Assembly: GCF_964204645.1 (NCBI RefSeq)
Contig: NC_134025.1
Location: forward strand, 29,988,299 to 30,052,298
Origin: Tubulanus polymorphus
Taxonomy: Eukaryota > Animalia > Nemertea
Reading direction: 5' to 3'
DNA length: 64,000 nucleotides
Part shown: positions 11,230 through 25,339 of the stretch, in pieces
How the letters are laid out: every line of letters begins with the position of its first letter
Numbering within the stretch: the first letter of the stretch is position 1
Position numbers and translations under genes: made by a program
The notes under the pieces: generated by a model
The model's input: the letters and a program-made list of their open reading frames with translations, nothing else
The model's database searches: none
Told to the model about the DNA's origin: nothing

Positions 11230-14200
11230 AATGGCTAACGAAGAAATTAGTTTTCTGAGAGATCAAGGTAAGGACAGTCAGTAGTATCCACTTTGGACCG
11301 CCTCAACTTGGCTACCCGGGTCTGGCCCTGGGCCGGCCTTCTTCTTGTGTGTGGTGAATAAATAATCGCCAGTTTTAAGTTACACACCGGCCGACTTAAA
11401 CTACCGAAGCGGTTCGTTGTTGAGAAATTGTAAAAAAACAAGACCAACTGTAGCCTACTTCTATTTTCAGTGAAAAGATTGAATGCATCCCTCGCGCAAT
11501 ATCAAGAGAAGTATCCCCCTTTAACTTTGGATGAGAAAACGCGATTACCGTTAAACTCTGATGGACCGACAGCTCCGTGGCTCGTTGATAAAGGGTAGGC
11601 CTAAATGTATTATATCGTAGAAAGTCTCTTTCACTGAATGTTTGTTAATGATGATCTTTCTAAATTTTGTTTATTCTATTTTAGGTTATTGTCGCCACTA
11701 TTGTTACAATATGATTCACACATCAAAAGTCTCACTGATGAACTGCAGATGTACAAGGTAAATTCATGAATATAAATCAATCAGATTTAAAAAGTGTTGG
11801 ATATTATTTACTGTTTTCTCAATGAACATTCTATTTTCATCTCCCAGAGCGACCAACAATCGTTAAGGTCACAGATTGAAAAACTGGTTGCCGAGAACCG
11901 TCGCCTGGCGACTGATATGAGAGAAGTGGTACAGACACAATTAGAGGATTTCAGCGCTGTAGATTTGGCTCCTGTAAATGTAGGGGACGATCATATGTTA
12001 GAGAATTTACAACAACAATTAGACATCGCCGTACAGGTATAAAAAGAGCGCCACCTGCAAGCAGGCGCGAACATGTGATTCAATCATGAAACTGTTCTGA
12101 TTTTTAATTGAAAATGTTTAAATTCTGTGCAATCCAGTTTGGATAGTTATAAGAAATGAACTCGTTAAGCTGTTGGGTCAAATGAAACAACAGTGGAACA
12201 GGGTCCTTCGGTCCAGATGTCTTTAAATGTTTTTCATTGAAGGAAAAACAAGTTCAAGCTGAAATGGCTCATTCTGCTATGCATGAAATTGAGCGTCTAG
12301 AAAAAGAACTCAGAGAACAGAAAAGTTCACCGCAATGGAAGTTATTTGAACAGCAGGCAAATCAGGTACTAACTGAAGAATAATTTTACAATATTTCACT
12401 CACTGTAACGGTAAGGCTTAATTCTAACAATGTCTAACATGTCTATTTATGGCTTATTTTGATGATTATTCTTCTAAGCGTACAGTATGTTACCAGTATA
12501 ACACAACATGATTTCTAACATTCTGGGAATTGGTGGATAATCAGCTGCACTAAGATATAAACACTAACAGTTTAACTCTTTATTCATTTTATACAGCACT
12601 TATACACGGTAAGTTTATTCATGTTTATGAATTGAATTGACGATTATGTTCATTTTCTTTCCTGATGCTGTGTTCAGTGAATTGAGTTGTTTTTACTCTT
12701 CAGATCAAGGAACAGTATTTTTCAGCCGTTTCATCATTGAATAATGAAATCAGTAAATTACAAGATGAATTGAGGTTTGTTAATTACTATGCATGAGCAA
12801 TGAATCTACTTCTGAGAATGCGGATGTTTTATTCATGATTTTCTTTGCGGTTTTTTTTTCTTAAAGGAAAAGTAAAAATTCAGAACGAACAGCGAACGTT
12901 CAGGTGACAGAACTGCGTCGTACGTTGGAGGATATGAAAACTGAACTTCATAACATGGTACATTTGATGCAAACCAGTTTCAATTCGAGGGTTCTTACAG
13001 ATCAGGAAAAAGGATAGAACCCTGACTCTCGTTGAAAATTAGGGAAAATTCAGGAAATTTGAATTTTCGGTGTCTTGCTGTTCATGCTGGTTGGTGATGA
13101 GTGGCACGAGGAACCTTTTGATAAGAAACAGTCCCCACTGGGGATATTTTATGATTTGATCGGGGAAACTTTGGTCAAGGGTCAGGGAATTTTGGATTCG
13201 CTGATCTGTAAGGACCCTGTAATTCATAGCGTTTCGAAACACAGATATCAGTCCTGTTTAAAATGTCGAACTAAGCTCATCTTTGGGACTAAAGTCATGA
13301 CTGAAAGTGAACTCAAGTAAAGGATATTTTTGTATGTATTAATTGTAGGAAAGAAGTCGCGACGAAGCTTTATCGAATTGTGGATCGAACGAGGCGTTAA
13401 CCGCTGAATTAAAGGCTCTTTTAACGGACGTGCAACGCAAACTACAAGGAGCCATGAGAGAAATAGAGGAAGAGAAGAATACTCGAACGACGGCGGAGAA
13501 AACCATTCCAGAATTACAGAAACGATGCACAGAATACGAACAACGCGAATACGAAGCTATGATTCAAGTGAGAGATAGCGCTCAGTTGGTCGAGAATATC
13601 ATACACGAAAAAGATCAATGTTTAATCAGCGAAAAACAAAAAGAAGAGGAAATCATCAAACTTCAAGACACGATTAATAAACTAGTGGATGAGGCCGGTA
13701 TCAGAACTAAAGAGGAAGTTGAAAACGTGCGACGCCAGTATAATACAAATATAGAGAAACTGACTGAGGAAATTTATAGATTAGAAATGGAGAATACGGA
13801 AAAACAAGTTCAAATGGAACGAGCTGTGAGAGAGAAAAAATCGATCGAAGCTGAACTCGAAAAGGTAAATTAGACTCCTCCATACTCAGTGCTGATTTCT
13901 GGTGTAATTATTTACTCGTGTTTTAGCGAACTTACTGCCAGGTATAACTGTGGGTTTTGCACATTAAAAAGATTGGTGATACAGTGTTTTGAATGTGTGA
14001 GGAGTGAAGGGTCCTCGAGGAACCGGATTGATCCAGTACCGGCATTTATTGAGTGCTAGCGTGTGAATTGTTCTGGTTGTATGTCATTTTAGATTTATAG
14101 AGAAGGTTTAGTAAAAGGGACGAAGGAAGCGAGTGTTTTCGATGAACTGAATTCACGAATGTTCAGCGCAGAACGAGAACGAGATGAATTACGTATAAAA

Positions 14201-15482
14201 CATGAAGCGTTAGAAAATAAACAGAAACGAGCAGAGATCGCGTGAGTATTGAGTTCATATTGAGTTCATATTGAGTTCATATCGGGTCGTGAGTTTTTGG
14301 GAAATCATTCAATCGTTTTTGGGAAATTATAAATCTTTTATTCTTTTTTAAATGAATTGTTTGTTTTGTTTCGTTTCAGTCAAAAACAGGAGAAATCGTT
14401 TTACGAAGCCGAAACGGATAAATTGAAAGATCGAATCTCGACGTTGAATACTGAATTCGAAAACTTGTCCGAAGATCGTCTGAAATATTTAGAAGAAATC
14501 GACGAATTAAAACGTAAATTAATCGAGGTTCAGACCGATAGAGAAGCAGCTGAGAGAAAATTCAATAAACAGGTATCAGTTTCGATGCATAGCTGCAGCT
14601 CGTGTTCGGTTCGTGCCTTTATCGAAATTACGTAGTTATATATTTATGTGATTTCATAGGTCGCTTTCTTAGAACAAGATAAAGTTCTGAAAGAAAGAGA
14701 ATTAGAAGTTCGATTACAGAGCACCGACGATGCACATCGGCACGGAATGTTGGAAATTCGTAAACTGCTGTCGGCTCATCAGAAAATGGCTGCGAAATGG
14801 AAAGAAGAATGTCGATCTATAACGCAGAAATTCGAAGATAAAGTGTTAGATTTACGAGCGGAAATTTCCAGATTAAAAGCGAGAAATAAAGAATTAACGG
14901 ATATTCTTCAAGATAATAGAGATAAATCAAAACAGGTAAATTATAAAATCACTGAGAGATAGTCTTACTACGCGTAACATAGTTTAAATCTAATTGTGCG
15001 GATGTGTTTTATTTATCAGTCTGAAGATATGTTGTCGGAATACAGCAGGAATATTAGAAAGTTAGAAGAAAGAGTTCGTGAGGCAGAACAAAAAGCAGCA
15101 GTAGCCGCCAAACAGGTCAGTTTTGAGGGAACTGGAAGAGAAGAGTTACGGGTTTTCTGCCACAGGTGAATAAACATGAGCGACTGTTTTGATGTTGTAG
15201 TTTTCTCGTTATTTTATCTTCAAAGGTGTCTCTTCAAATTGCTCGTGAAAGGAAGGCATTCAACGAAAAACGTCGCCATCAGCGAGAAGCTGATCGTAAT
15301 AGATTTGATTTATCCAGGTATAAAACTGTAAAAAAAGAGTTTTTTATTTCGTCATTCATTTCTCCTTTTCTAACAGTGTACGTTTCTGTATTTTCAGCCG
15401 CACAACTGAAGCGCATTCGATGTATAGACAAGATGAAACGAGATCGCCACCTTTAATAATCGATTCCTTCGCCAAACAATGA
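11230..15482 (+). CDS. SCLT1: Sodium channel and clathrin linker 1 (centriole distal appendage coiled-coil protein), multi-exon
   Basis: N-terminus MANEEISFLRDQV.RLN...LSPLLLQYDSH...ENRRL resembles SCLT1 (MAAEIDFLREQ..LAPLVTEYDKH..ENERL). Long coiled-coil exons, GT-AG introns, TGA at 15480-15482. Confidence 0.88.
12988..13219. mobile_element. MITE family B copy in SCLT1 intron
   Basis: agggttcttacagatcag...ctgatctgtaaggaccct terminal inverted repeats. Confidence 0.8.
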
Positions 15483-15709
15483 TAATATTCTCAATACTCA
15501 TTGATGATTTTTCTAAATCACATGAAATAACTGAAAAAGATGATAATGAATTCTATGCTATTGTTAGAACAACGATCTTTATTTAAAAGTGTATGCAGTA
15601 TTTTATGTTCGATTCAAAGTATTTATTTGAAATCATAAGTAGATGATCATATGTAGACTAGGTATATTTTATATCAGGAGGTATGAAATCCATCCCAGTC
15701 AGTATAGTA

Positions 15710-15856
15710 CAGTGGAACCTGCGAGCACCAGCGATCGATTCTGTACTTAATAACCGATAGATCGTTATATCCAGTACTAAATTATCGTAGTTAAATTGTC
15801 ACGTATGGAACGAAATACTTGGTTCGTTGTATTCATTTATAACTAGGGTTCCACTG
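15710..15856. mobile_element. Tc1/mariner (pogo/Tigger)-type MITE
   Basis: TA|CAGTGGAACC...GGTTCCACTG ends. Confidence 0.65.
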
Positions 15857-17001
15857 TTAATAAAGTAATACGTGATTGGTATTTATATGTTTAGAATACA
15901 CGGTAGATTTGACCACGGTAAAATGGATATTTGTTGAAATATCTTCAGCCAGATCCACCTAACTCACAAATCGCTCATTTCACACATGAAACGTCACTGC
16001 CAAAATTACTGTACGGACCTCCTCATATTTTTGTATTGATCGTAGTGTATTGTGATTGTATTTGAGGTGAATTATGTTTAATAATGTCTAATTTCATGAA
16101 TAGACATAAGTAATATATATGTAAAGTTTTTAAAAATAAATCTTTATATTTTTTATTGTAAAAATATCTGTTCAGTTTTTCTACCGTACTGGTTGGTCAT
16201 AAGGAGAGGAAGTCTTAGAAACGACTAGAAGACAAGTTCATTCCCCGAGTTATCCGCTATCCACCGTACATTCTATCGCAGTGTGGCTGCTTAACTGGAA
16301 ATCGGGGGAAAGAAATTTTCTTTAAGATAAAGTCGGGGAATTCGGTAGAAAAAGCTACAATATGAAGGAAATTTTGAGATTGCTAGATCGCTCGTAAAAT
16401 CTTACAGTTTCTGTCTACATGTTGTAAGTGCAAATGCATCTAACTGTTAATTGATTTGATTCTTAGCCTCGAGTCAGGGGAAACGTGCATGTCAGAGAAA
16501 AAGCAAGTGATAGAAAAGTGGCCTCCCTGTATCGTTTATATATTGGAAGTATTTATTCAGTATCAATTGAAATTGTCATCATTTTCCTCAAACATGGCGC
16601 GATGAACAAGGAATTTCTGACGACTGGATTTTTTATAGTTTCGTCTCCAAGGCGTCTCTCAATAGCTTTACAACACGCAGAGTCAGACGCGGAGTTCACG
16701 AATAGTTATTGGAAAGGAGGGAACCCGCAGTTCGTGGATAGTTCCTATCAAAAGAAACGGACTTTTAGGATGTTAAGGGAATTTTCCAATGACTATCAGT
16801 ACAACCACCAACTCATCCGTCTGTTTCTACGAAAATCATTCTCGAATATTCATTCCAGCTTTCATCCATTCTTGTCAACCCAGTTCAAACACTAATCCTT
16901 AATGTCCTCCGATAATCACTGAAAAACTATAATGAAATGACAAGTTTCTGGTAATTTATCTAATATATATTTCTATCGTAAAATATGAATATAACGTCTT
17001 T

Positions 17002-19678
17002 TCAATTACGACATTTTTCACGAGACTTCATTAAAATGCGTCTCCCGCTTATTTTCAACAGATTGTCCAATATTCTCTGTTGTTTTTGTAATTGGATTTT
17101 TAATTTGAAAACTCGGCGCTGTTGTTGCAACCGTTTATGAGATTTTCGTCTCGAACAGCGCAACACTGTGTGCGTGTCGATCCCGAAGATATTCGCTTCC
17201 CGTTCTCTCGCTTTTCTCAATCGATCGAACGGTAGGATTTTGTGGGCAGACGATGACTCGCTATCTGCAGCCCTGGGCTGTAATAGTTGATAATCAGTCC
17301 CGTTTCTGATGATAGTAATTTTACACGGGAAATCATTCGAATCGGATCGCGAGACTTTCTCCGAGTCGTAACATCGCGGAACATCTTTAACATTTACCGT
17401 TCGTCTGTTATTCAACCAGGTTTTGATGTCGCAAATGTTCACCAAACATTGTTTTAATTTTGCCGCTTTCTTTTTGCGACGCTGGTTGAACCACCAGACT
17501 GTATTATTACCGGCAGTACTCTTTCGTCGAGGTCTCCCGCGTCCACGCAATTTTTCTTTGCTGTTATTTGCAGTTTTTGCATGTAACGCATTATTTTGTG
17601 CTCGGTTGACTCTTTTTTTCTTATGCGTGGTCGATTTCCTCGATATTTCATGCGAGGGCGAATTTTGTGATGGTGTTCGCCGGTCAGATTTCACAAGTAG
17701 TTCGCTACTATTGTTAATATTGTTATTATTATTTACGGCGGCACTGATCGAGTCAGATTCTGATGTCGTTTGCCAGTAAACGCGGCCATTAGGCAGCGAC
17801 GATGAAGCAATCGTAGCGTTTTCAAGATTATCAGCTGCCGATGTCAGAAAGCCACTTTGCCTCTGTTTATCACATTTTCCTTCATTGGCTTCGCAATTTC
17901 CACCAATTTCAATTCGGTTTTCAGATAATGGAACGACGTCGTTTCTGCTGAGATTTTCATTTTGATGAAGCTTCATTTTGGAGAATGTCGTCGACAAATC
18001 AATAACGTTGGCGCTTTCAGCAGAATGTTGGGCATTTACGACTTGTTCGTCGCAAGAAATTCGCTTTACTTTCATAGATTTTCTATTGCGGACGCAATTC
18101 GTTCGGCTTTTATTCATAATCCCCTTTTTATTTCTATAGACGTCACTCGGTTGACGATAAGCGAGCATTACTGGGATTTCTTTTGAAATTGTGTGCGCAT
18201 CTTTAGGGACTTCACTTTCAGTTTTTGACGGCGATGATTTCGAAAAGGGAATTTCTACCCGATTTATATTCATTACGTCATCCCTCCGTCCAGCTACCCG
18301 CAGATCTAAAGCTTCGCTATCGTCATTTTCCGTAAAAACAACGAATTTTTTCATTAGTTTTTCTCGATTCGATTTTTCTTCATTTGACATCATCAGTTTT
18401 TGTGAATGGTTATCAAAAGCAAAATCGGTATCTTTCAGGGTTGATATCATTAGATCAAGGGGTTTGTTTTCATCTGATTCCGTTGTAGCCTGAAAGACGG
18501 TGTTGTACTTATCACATTCGTCGTTTCTCACGTCAGCATCATCGACATATTTGAAATACGGATATACGGTGCAGTTTTGATCGATCGCTGGAAAATTTAT
18601 TCGAAGACATTCTTCCGTAGCGATAGCCTTATTGCTTTGTAGACGAGTGACATTATATTGAGCCAAGCGAACTTGATGTTCTTCACCGCGAATGATATTT
18701 CGTTGAGGTGAAGTAAGGTTTATGTCTAACTTATCCCGCTGTTTTAATTGATTATTCGTTATTGGCGAAACTACGGCCGTTTTCTTTTTCTTGGTATCCG
18801 GAAAATTGCCGGAACTTCCATTTAACGGTAAATCTTGAGATTTCTTGGAACTACTTAATCTTCTGCCGGGTAACAGCTTCGTCATTGCGCCGTCGCTATT
18901 AGGTTTATTAGATATGCTGACTATATCATCGATTCGTCTTTCGAAATCGGCGACGTTTTTAGATTCAGTATTTCCGTGCCCCTTGAGAATTTTCCGTCGC
19001 TTCGAGTAGCATTTATTGATGTACTGTGGACTGTTCGGGGGATTGTTGTTTGGGTAGACGTCGTATAAAGAATTACAGCTAAGCTGCATATCAGTAGTTT
19101 TAGTAGAAGATGAACGCGGTATATTTACCACTGAACCTCCGCTATGAAAGCTGTTACAAACGAACGAGATTTTATTCTGTGTATCGTCACTTACTTTTTT
19201 CTCAGACGCTTCGGGCTTCTTCGAGAAATGTCTGTACGGATTTTCTGCTTTGACGCTCGGTTGAGTCGACTCCAATTTCAATCGTTCACCGCATAAGATT
19301 CTGTTAATAGATAATTTAGTTTCATGCGGCATATCGGGTATAACGAGATTGTTTAGAATTAACGGTGCCATCAGCAAGCTTCCATAGTCGATGCAATTAG
19401 CTATTTCAGGTGTTGTCAATGGCGGCAAGTGTCCTGGAAATAGGGCAGGTTGTATGTACATATCGCTTCGATAAAATGGCGATATCGTCATTTGATTTTT
19501 TAAAGCCATAGCAGCTGAGAAAGCTTCTCGCCGGAATTCAGATATCAAATTCGGAATATTCGGCGCCATGTTTGTTCGTAGTTCATTTCCGAGTGATTCA
19601 AACGATAGACGTTCAGCGTCGCCTCCAGTAGAGTTGATCATCGTATTTTGATGAAATTCGATCAAATTTCCAATTGCT
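17002..19678 (-). CDS. Uncharacterised ~880-aa low-complexity nuclear protein with an AT-hook and PxDLS-like motifs (single large exon; first in-exon ATG at 19641)
   Basis: 2.7-kb stop-free ORF after a tttcag acceptor at 19679; KLRGRGRPRRK AT-hook; PLDLM, ALDLR, VIDLS motifs; basic NLS-like clusters. Confidence 0.8.
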
Positions 19679-22600
19679 CTGAAATTGAAACAAAACAAAA
19701 ATCAATTATTCTAATTAATTAGTTTAATTTAATTTGTTTGATTATCGGTGATGTAATTTTGAAAATTTAGATTCGAAATTTCATTGGTTTCGATCCATGA
19801 AATCAGAGTGGTTCCATATGGACAACTCACCGAACTTAAACCAATGTTCATTTGAAAAACAATACTCAGATTTTGAATTCATATCATAAATGCAAAACGT
19901 GTTCCCCTCATCATTTTTTATAAAAGTTTATTCCAAGTTCAGACGTCTGGTATTTTTGATAAATATGAAATATGTTAATCCCAATGAAATAAATATACGA
20001 TAATTTTTCCATCAATCGAATAATGTCATAAGAGCTTATATAATATCAAAAACGTACGATAAATTTTAACATAAAAACATATACCCGTTTCAAAAACCTA
20101 CTACCTTTTACCTTTTAAAATAATATCAATATTGCCCGTTTCTAAACCTACAATACCTTGCATATCAAAATCGCCCGCTTAAAGAACCTTCCTTGTAAAA
20201 TGTGATATTGTCCACCCCAAAATCTGTAATGACCTTAGTTTACATTAAGTATTTCTGCTGGGGGTTTATAGTTATAGACGTTTTGATGACTTCAATTTTT
20301 ATTTAAACGTAGGTGGCTAAACATATTCAAATTACGTTGACCCTGAATTATCTTGATATAATGTATATATGTATATACAATGACCGTATTGCACTTACAA
20401 AATATACAATATTCTATGAATATAATGTTTGTTCCTTGATAGACATTTAATAATAACTGTTTTAATACCTGAATTACTGCTGTGTAGTTCCTTCAGATCA
20501 GATGTATTAATCTTAATAAAGTTAATGTTTCATTTCGTCGTAACGCCATTCATGGAATTGAAATGCACTCACACTATGCTGGTTCTCTAATAACGATGCT
20601 ATGTGATTATATTCTATAGCATGTACAGAATATGGTACATTAGCACCTTGCGGACAAAATACTAAAATATTCATAAAAACCAGCGATAAACCGAGCAAAA
20701 CCTGGGGCCGAGTCGTTAATACATAATAAAACAAAACCCAGCACCTCACTCTAATCCTCCCCTACAGAGAATTAATTATCATTCTCATTTTTAATAAAGC
20801 GTCGCTGAATTATATTCCGTATTTAGTATAATTTATGCAGTAGCTTTATGCAAATAAATAAGTATCAATCAAATTTGTCATTTTAAATTCGTCATCGCTC
20901 AGATTGTGAAGGGTTTTTGAACAGAAATTGCCACTCGTCTGACTTCAGCATTTCCTTTTAAATCATTCTACAAAGTCTACGCGTTGTACGTAAACCAGAC
21001 ATTAAAAACCCGAAACAATGAATAACAGTCGCATTGCCACAGTTCTCACTGTCAGAGATTTGATTCTAGAGTAAAAAAACATTTCAAATAAACTGATTTC
21101 AACTCAGAGTTAAACGATCACTCAGGAAATGAGTCCAGTATGTGATATGGGTTTTTAAGCCGGTATTTCATTCAGTGCATATTAGTAGTTTTTGAATTCA
21201 AATGAGTGCCTCACAACAGGTTTGAGATCTCGCACCTGTTACTGCTTCAGGGGCTTAAATTGACAGTCATCTATTTGATCAGCGGGGGAGGATGTAGATA
21301 TTCAGGAGCTTGAAAACGTTCGAGCACATCGAGAACATTCGAACGATTTGATACGTACCGATCTGATTAGAAAGTTAAGCCATCACCGCAGTAATTAATA
21401 ATCACGATTTAATTCCTCAGTTCTCATATATGAAATTGGACTAGAAAGTTTACTACGTAATTGAAAACGGGGGCAGAACACCTCGGCGCACTCTTCGATA
21501 TGAATGTACCCACGAAATTAGCGTGAAAGCTTTTGTGGATCAGATCAGGTTCATACGTGAAGGCCAGGTATATATTTACTTGACTCAATTTGCGAGTCAC
21601 CAACTGATTTCATATATGTCAGAAGTATTACTACGCTGTATATACCTTCACTCAATAACATCTGTTGTAAAATACATCAATGAATGTCCTGCGCAAATAT
21701 TCTTTATGGAACAATGAATGTATGAAATGACCTTAGTCTAATTCGATTCCATTTTGATCAGATAACTGTTGAACTGGATCCAGACGAAAGAATATGGAAC
21801 ATATAGAATGTTAAAAACCTATAGATTTGAGAAATTAAGTTCTTTGATTAATCAATTATATTGAGTATAAAGAGACATTGTGGTCTTGGCCCACACTCTC
21901 TTGAGGTCTAGGTCTGGCTCTTCCAAAGACCATTCATGCGCAATCTATATAGATTGACCAAATCGGTCGGTTCTCGTACAAACCAGTCTAGCATGCGCTA
22001 CAAAAGGTCGCCTTATTACGTGATGAAGGTAGAGGCACTCAATAACCTTCCACAGACCACTCATGAGCAATCATTGATTGACTGAATACGTCCGTTTTTT
22101 ATTGTTCTGGTACGAACTAGTTTCTGGCCTCGTACGACAAAAAGGACACCTTAGAGACGATGAAGGTCGTGGTTTCACTCGATACCAGTCCTGTACAGCA
22201 GCTGTTTTATTGAATTTTCGGCGATATTTTTTGGTTCTATCGCAACCGAATACTTAGTTATTTAAAATCCAGGATCCAGTTCCATAACCTGCGGGGAATT
22301 TGACTCTAGAGCTAAACAAGCCCAGACGTACACAACATGCAGAAATAGAAAGAATGTTAGAACAGCCGTAAGCTCCGTAATTTTAGAAATGAAGTTCTTT
22401 TGTATTTTGTTATATTGGAATGTGATCATTCAATTACATTAGGTATATGGGCTATTTGCTTAATGCACTTTGCCACAATGCGTACGTGTGTTTCGATATA
22501 GTTTTATACCATTTAACCATCATGCATATCTCATCTAAAATTGTCATACAAGTGGAAACATGTGTTTCGAGCAACAATTCAAAATGCTTCATTCGTATCT

Positions 22601-24509
22601 CGGTGATAAAAATGATTTAGGAATATCAGATATCGACGTGCAACATCTATGCAAACATATAACATATATATGTATATATACATATAATCTCCTGAATATT
22701 ATAAACACAACTCAGATAATCATTCATCAGATTCTTATTAGAAAAATACTTTCGTAGTACGAGATATGAGAAAGGAGAGAGGAAAGAGCTCTCGTAGAAT
22801 TCTCGTAAAATTCCAATCAACTTTAAACAACTTTCACCTACCGAATTGTCATTAGTTTATTAGTGAATATTTTTCAATCTGAACTCTACGATTTATATAA
22901 TATACTCACATGGAAAAGCTGGAGAGAACTTGATCCGTTTACTCTCTGCGCAACCATCAAGCTGTCACGATTATCTGAGAGACGGCTGTTAAAAAGAAAA
23001 TCGTTCTAATCAGCAAAACGCCAATAAAGCTAGGCAAAAACGCATATCCATCCACCCAGCCATCGAGAGCTGCGGGCTCTAAACCACCGTGAAAGACAGA
23101 TACAAAACAGAGCGGCATAGACTCGACTCGAACGCCGTCAACGATGCACCACAACCCTCGGGTAATAATCGTATATGTAATTTTCTTACTCGGTGCCGGT
23201 GCAAAATGAAACTATCTAATCAAAGACCATCAACGATCTATAACAGACTAGTAGAACTAACGGTGATGGCTCTGGCTTGTTAGTTTGATAAAGAATTTCT
23301 CTTCGAAAGAACGTATAATGTAGAAAATTGAATCGATGCGAGCGAAAACAAACACGCACGCATATTGTGTAAGATAAGAAGATTGAAAACTACCTCGAAT
23401 ATACACGAGTTGTTGATACTTTTACATACATAAATCCACATATTTCCCTAGTTTTACCGCGTTTATAGAGTAAAATCTTTATGATACTTTGCTGCGGAAT
23501 AAAACAATGACTTTTTGAAATAGAAATTGACGATTAACTGAAAGACTCACCCATGCGGTTTGTCAGCTCTGATCTTTCGTCTGTGCTATTCCGTGATTAT
23601 TCGAAAATCTACCAAGCACGTGTATATAGAGAATTTTTTACAGTGAACTCTTTTATTATTCGAAGCTACTATAATGTGAGTACAGAACAGAGAAAGAGTA
23701 AAATAATCTGCCTCAGGGAAACAACGTGTAGAAAGAATTGTGCGCTATTGATTTTGAGCTTATGGCTTGACAATCCAGATACATATCGATATATCTACAG
23801 TTCCTCGCTACTGATGCTTTGTGTCCAGATCGGATCCATCCAGAAACCAGTTCATGACTTAACGAATCGGAAAATAATCTAACTTCCTGTTTCAGAGGAT
23901 GCAAAACACTTTTAAACGCCCATATATAATTGTTATTTGCGAAGCTATCTCGCGAATTTCAATGCTCCTCCCATATTCCTAATTCAAGTTAATTTTATAT
24001 TTCTTTAAGTTATCGAGAATGCTATTCTAAAATGCCTACGGTCATAATCGTAATTTTCAGAATGTCTAATTAATAATGCATGGACCGCTGAACTGTCACG
24101 CTCGGTTTTTCTGAGAATTGGAACCAATTTTTGTTGAATTCAGAATAATTGTTTTTTTACTGAAAATGAATATGAAGCTAGAATGATAGTAAGTTTTTCT
24201 TGTGGTTTCATCTATTTCACGAATCGCTCTGGGGTGAGGAGGCGCCGGAAATGCCGAAAAAAACTGTTTCATCGTTTTCTGGAATTTTAACCTCAACCAA
24301 TGAATTTCAACGTTAATTTTTCGTCGATAGGACCGGAATATTTCACTGTGGCGATCACAAAGAAATACCCGGTTATATCTGCGTGTGCGCGATATATAAT
24401 AGATTGTTATTCAATTATATGCCATTTCGTTACTTGTGGATTTTACGAGCTGGCTTACTTAAATAAGCCCGGAGACACAGATGATACAAGCCATCGAACT
24501 TACCAGTTA

Positions 24510-24523
24510 GTTGCCATGACAAC
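24510..24523. promoter_or_regulatory. RFX X-box
   Basis: GTTGCCATGACAAC matches the X-box consensus GTHNYY AT RRNAAC. Confidence 0.6.
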
Positions 24524-25339
24524 CACCTCGCTCGGCTGCAAGGGGATAATTTGTTCAATGCGTACTGTTTAACACATCAAAATGAAAATACCATCCAGTA
24601 TAAAAAAATCTTGACGATCGATGAAGAATTTTAAGCGACAAAACCACGTTAGTCAATTATATATCTTAAATTTTATAGTTTTTTGGCGGCTTTGTCCCTA
24701 TTTGAATACAGTTTCCAAAGTCGAATCAATTGGGACCAATGATTTTTGTTGAGGTGATAAGACGAGATAGAGACAATGGAATGTAATTCTGCTGCAATCA
24801 TCCTTAGATTTGTGTTCGAGTAAAGTGATTATTCGCCTGGGAAGCACTAGAGTTAAAAGAAAACTGTACTAGAAACGAAATTAAAACAGGAAACTTTTTT
24901 TGCAATGACAGATATTTGAAATTTAGAAAGAAATGCATTTATATTTATAATCTTTGTCCTCCGAGCCAGCACAAGTAAACGCTATTATTATCTCGTTGCG
25001 CATGTTGGAAACCGATCTGAATAGGATTTCAATTTTACCATAATCATTATCTCTGCCCGTAATACAAGAACATACCGGAAAGGAAATTGCAGACTAATGA
25101 CGTCATTTATGGCTAGATGTTTACGCCAGTAATTAGATTGCATTTAATAAATCTAATAGACGGTTTCATCAGATCAGCGAAAAATCAATTACGGGCGGTC
25201 TTTGAAAAAGCGCTCCTCGTCAGTGCTGGTTACGCCATCTATGAAAATCAAAACTAACGATATTTACACTAAAACTTAATTCAATTTATTAAACTTAATT
25301 CATAACATCATCAAAATCTTATATCATCACAATAAATGA

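Noticed and set aside
16485-16895. 136-aa plus-strand ORF and other short or antisense ORFs in the track
   Set aside because: No recognisable motifs; they overlap repeats, UTRs or the antisense of real exons.
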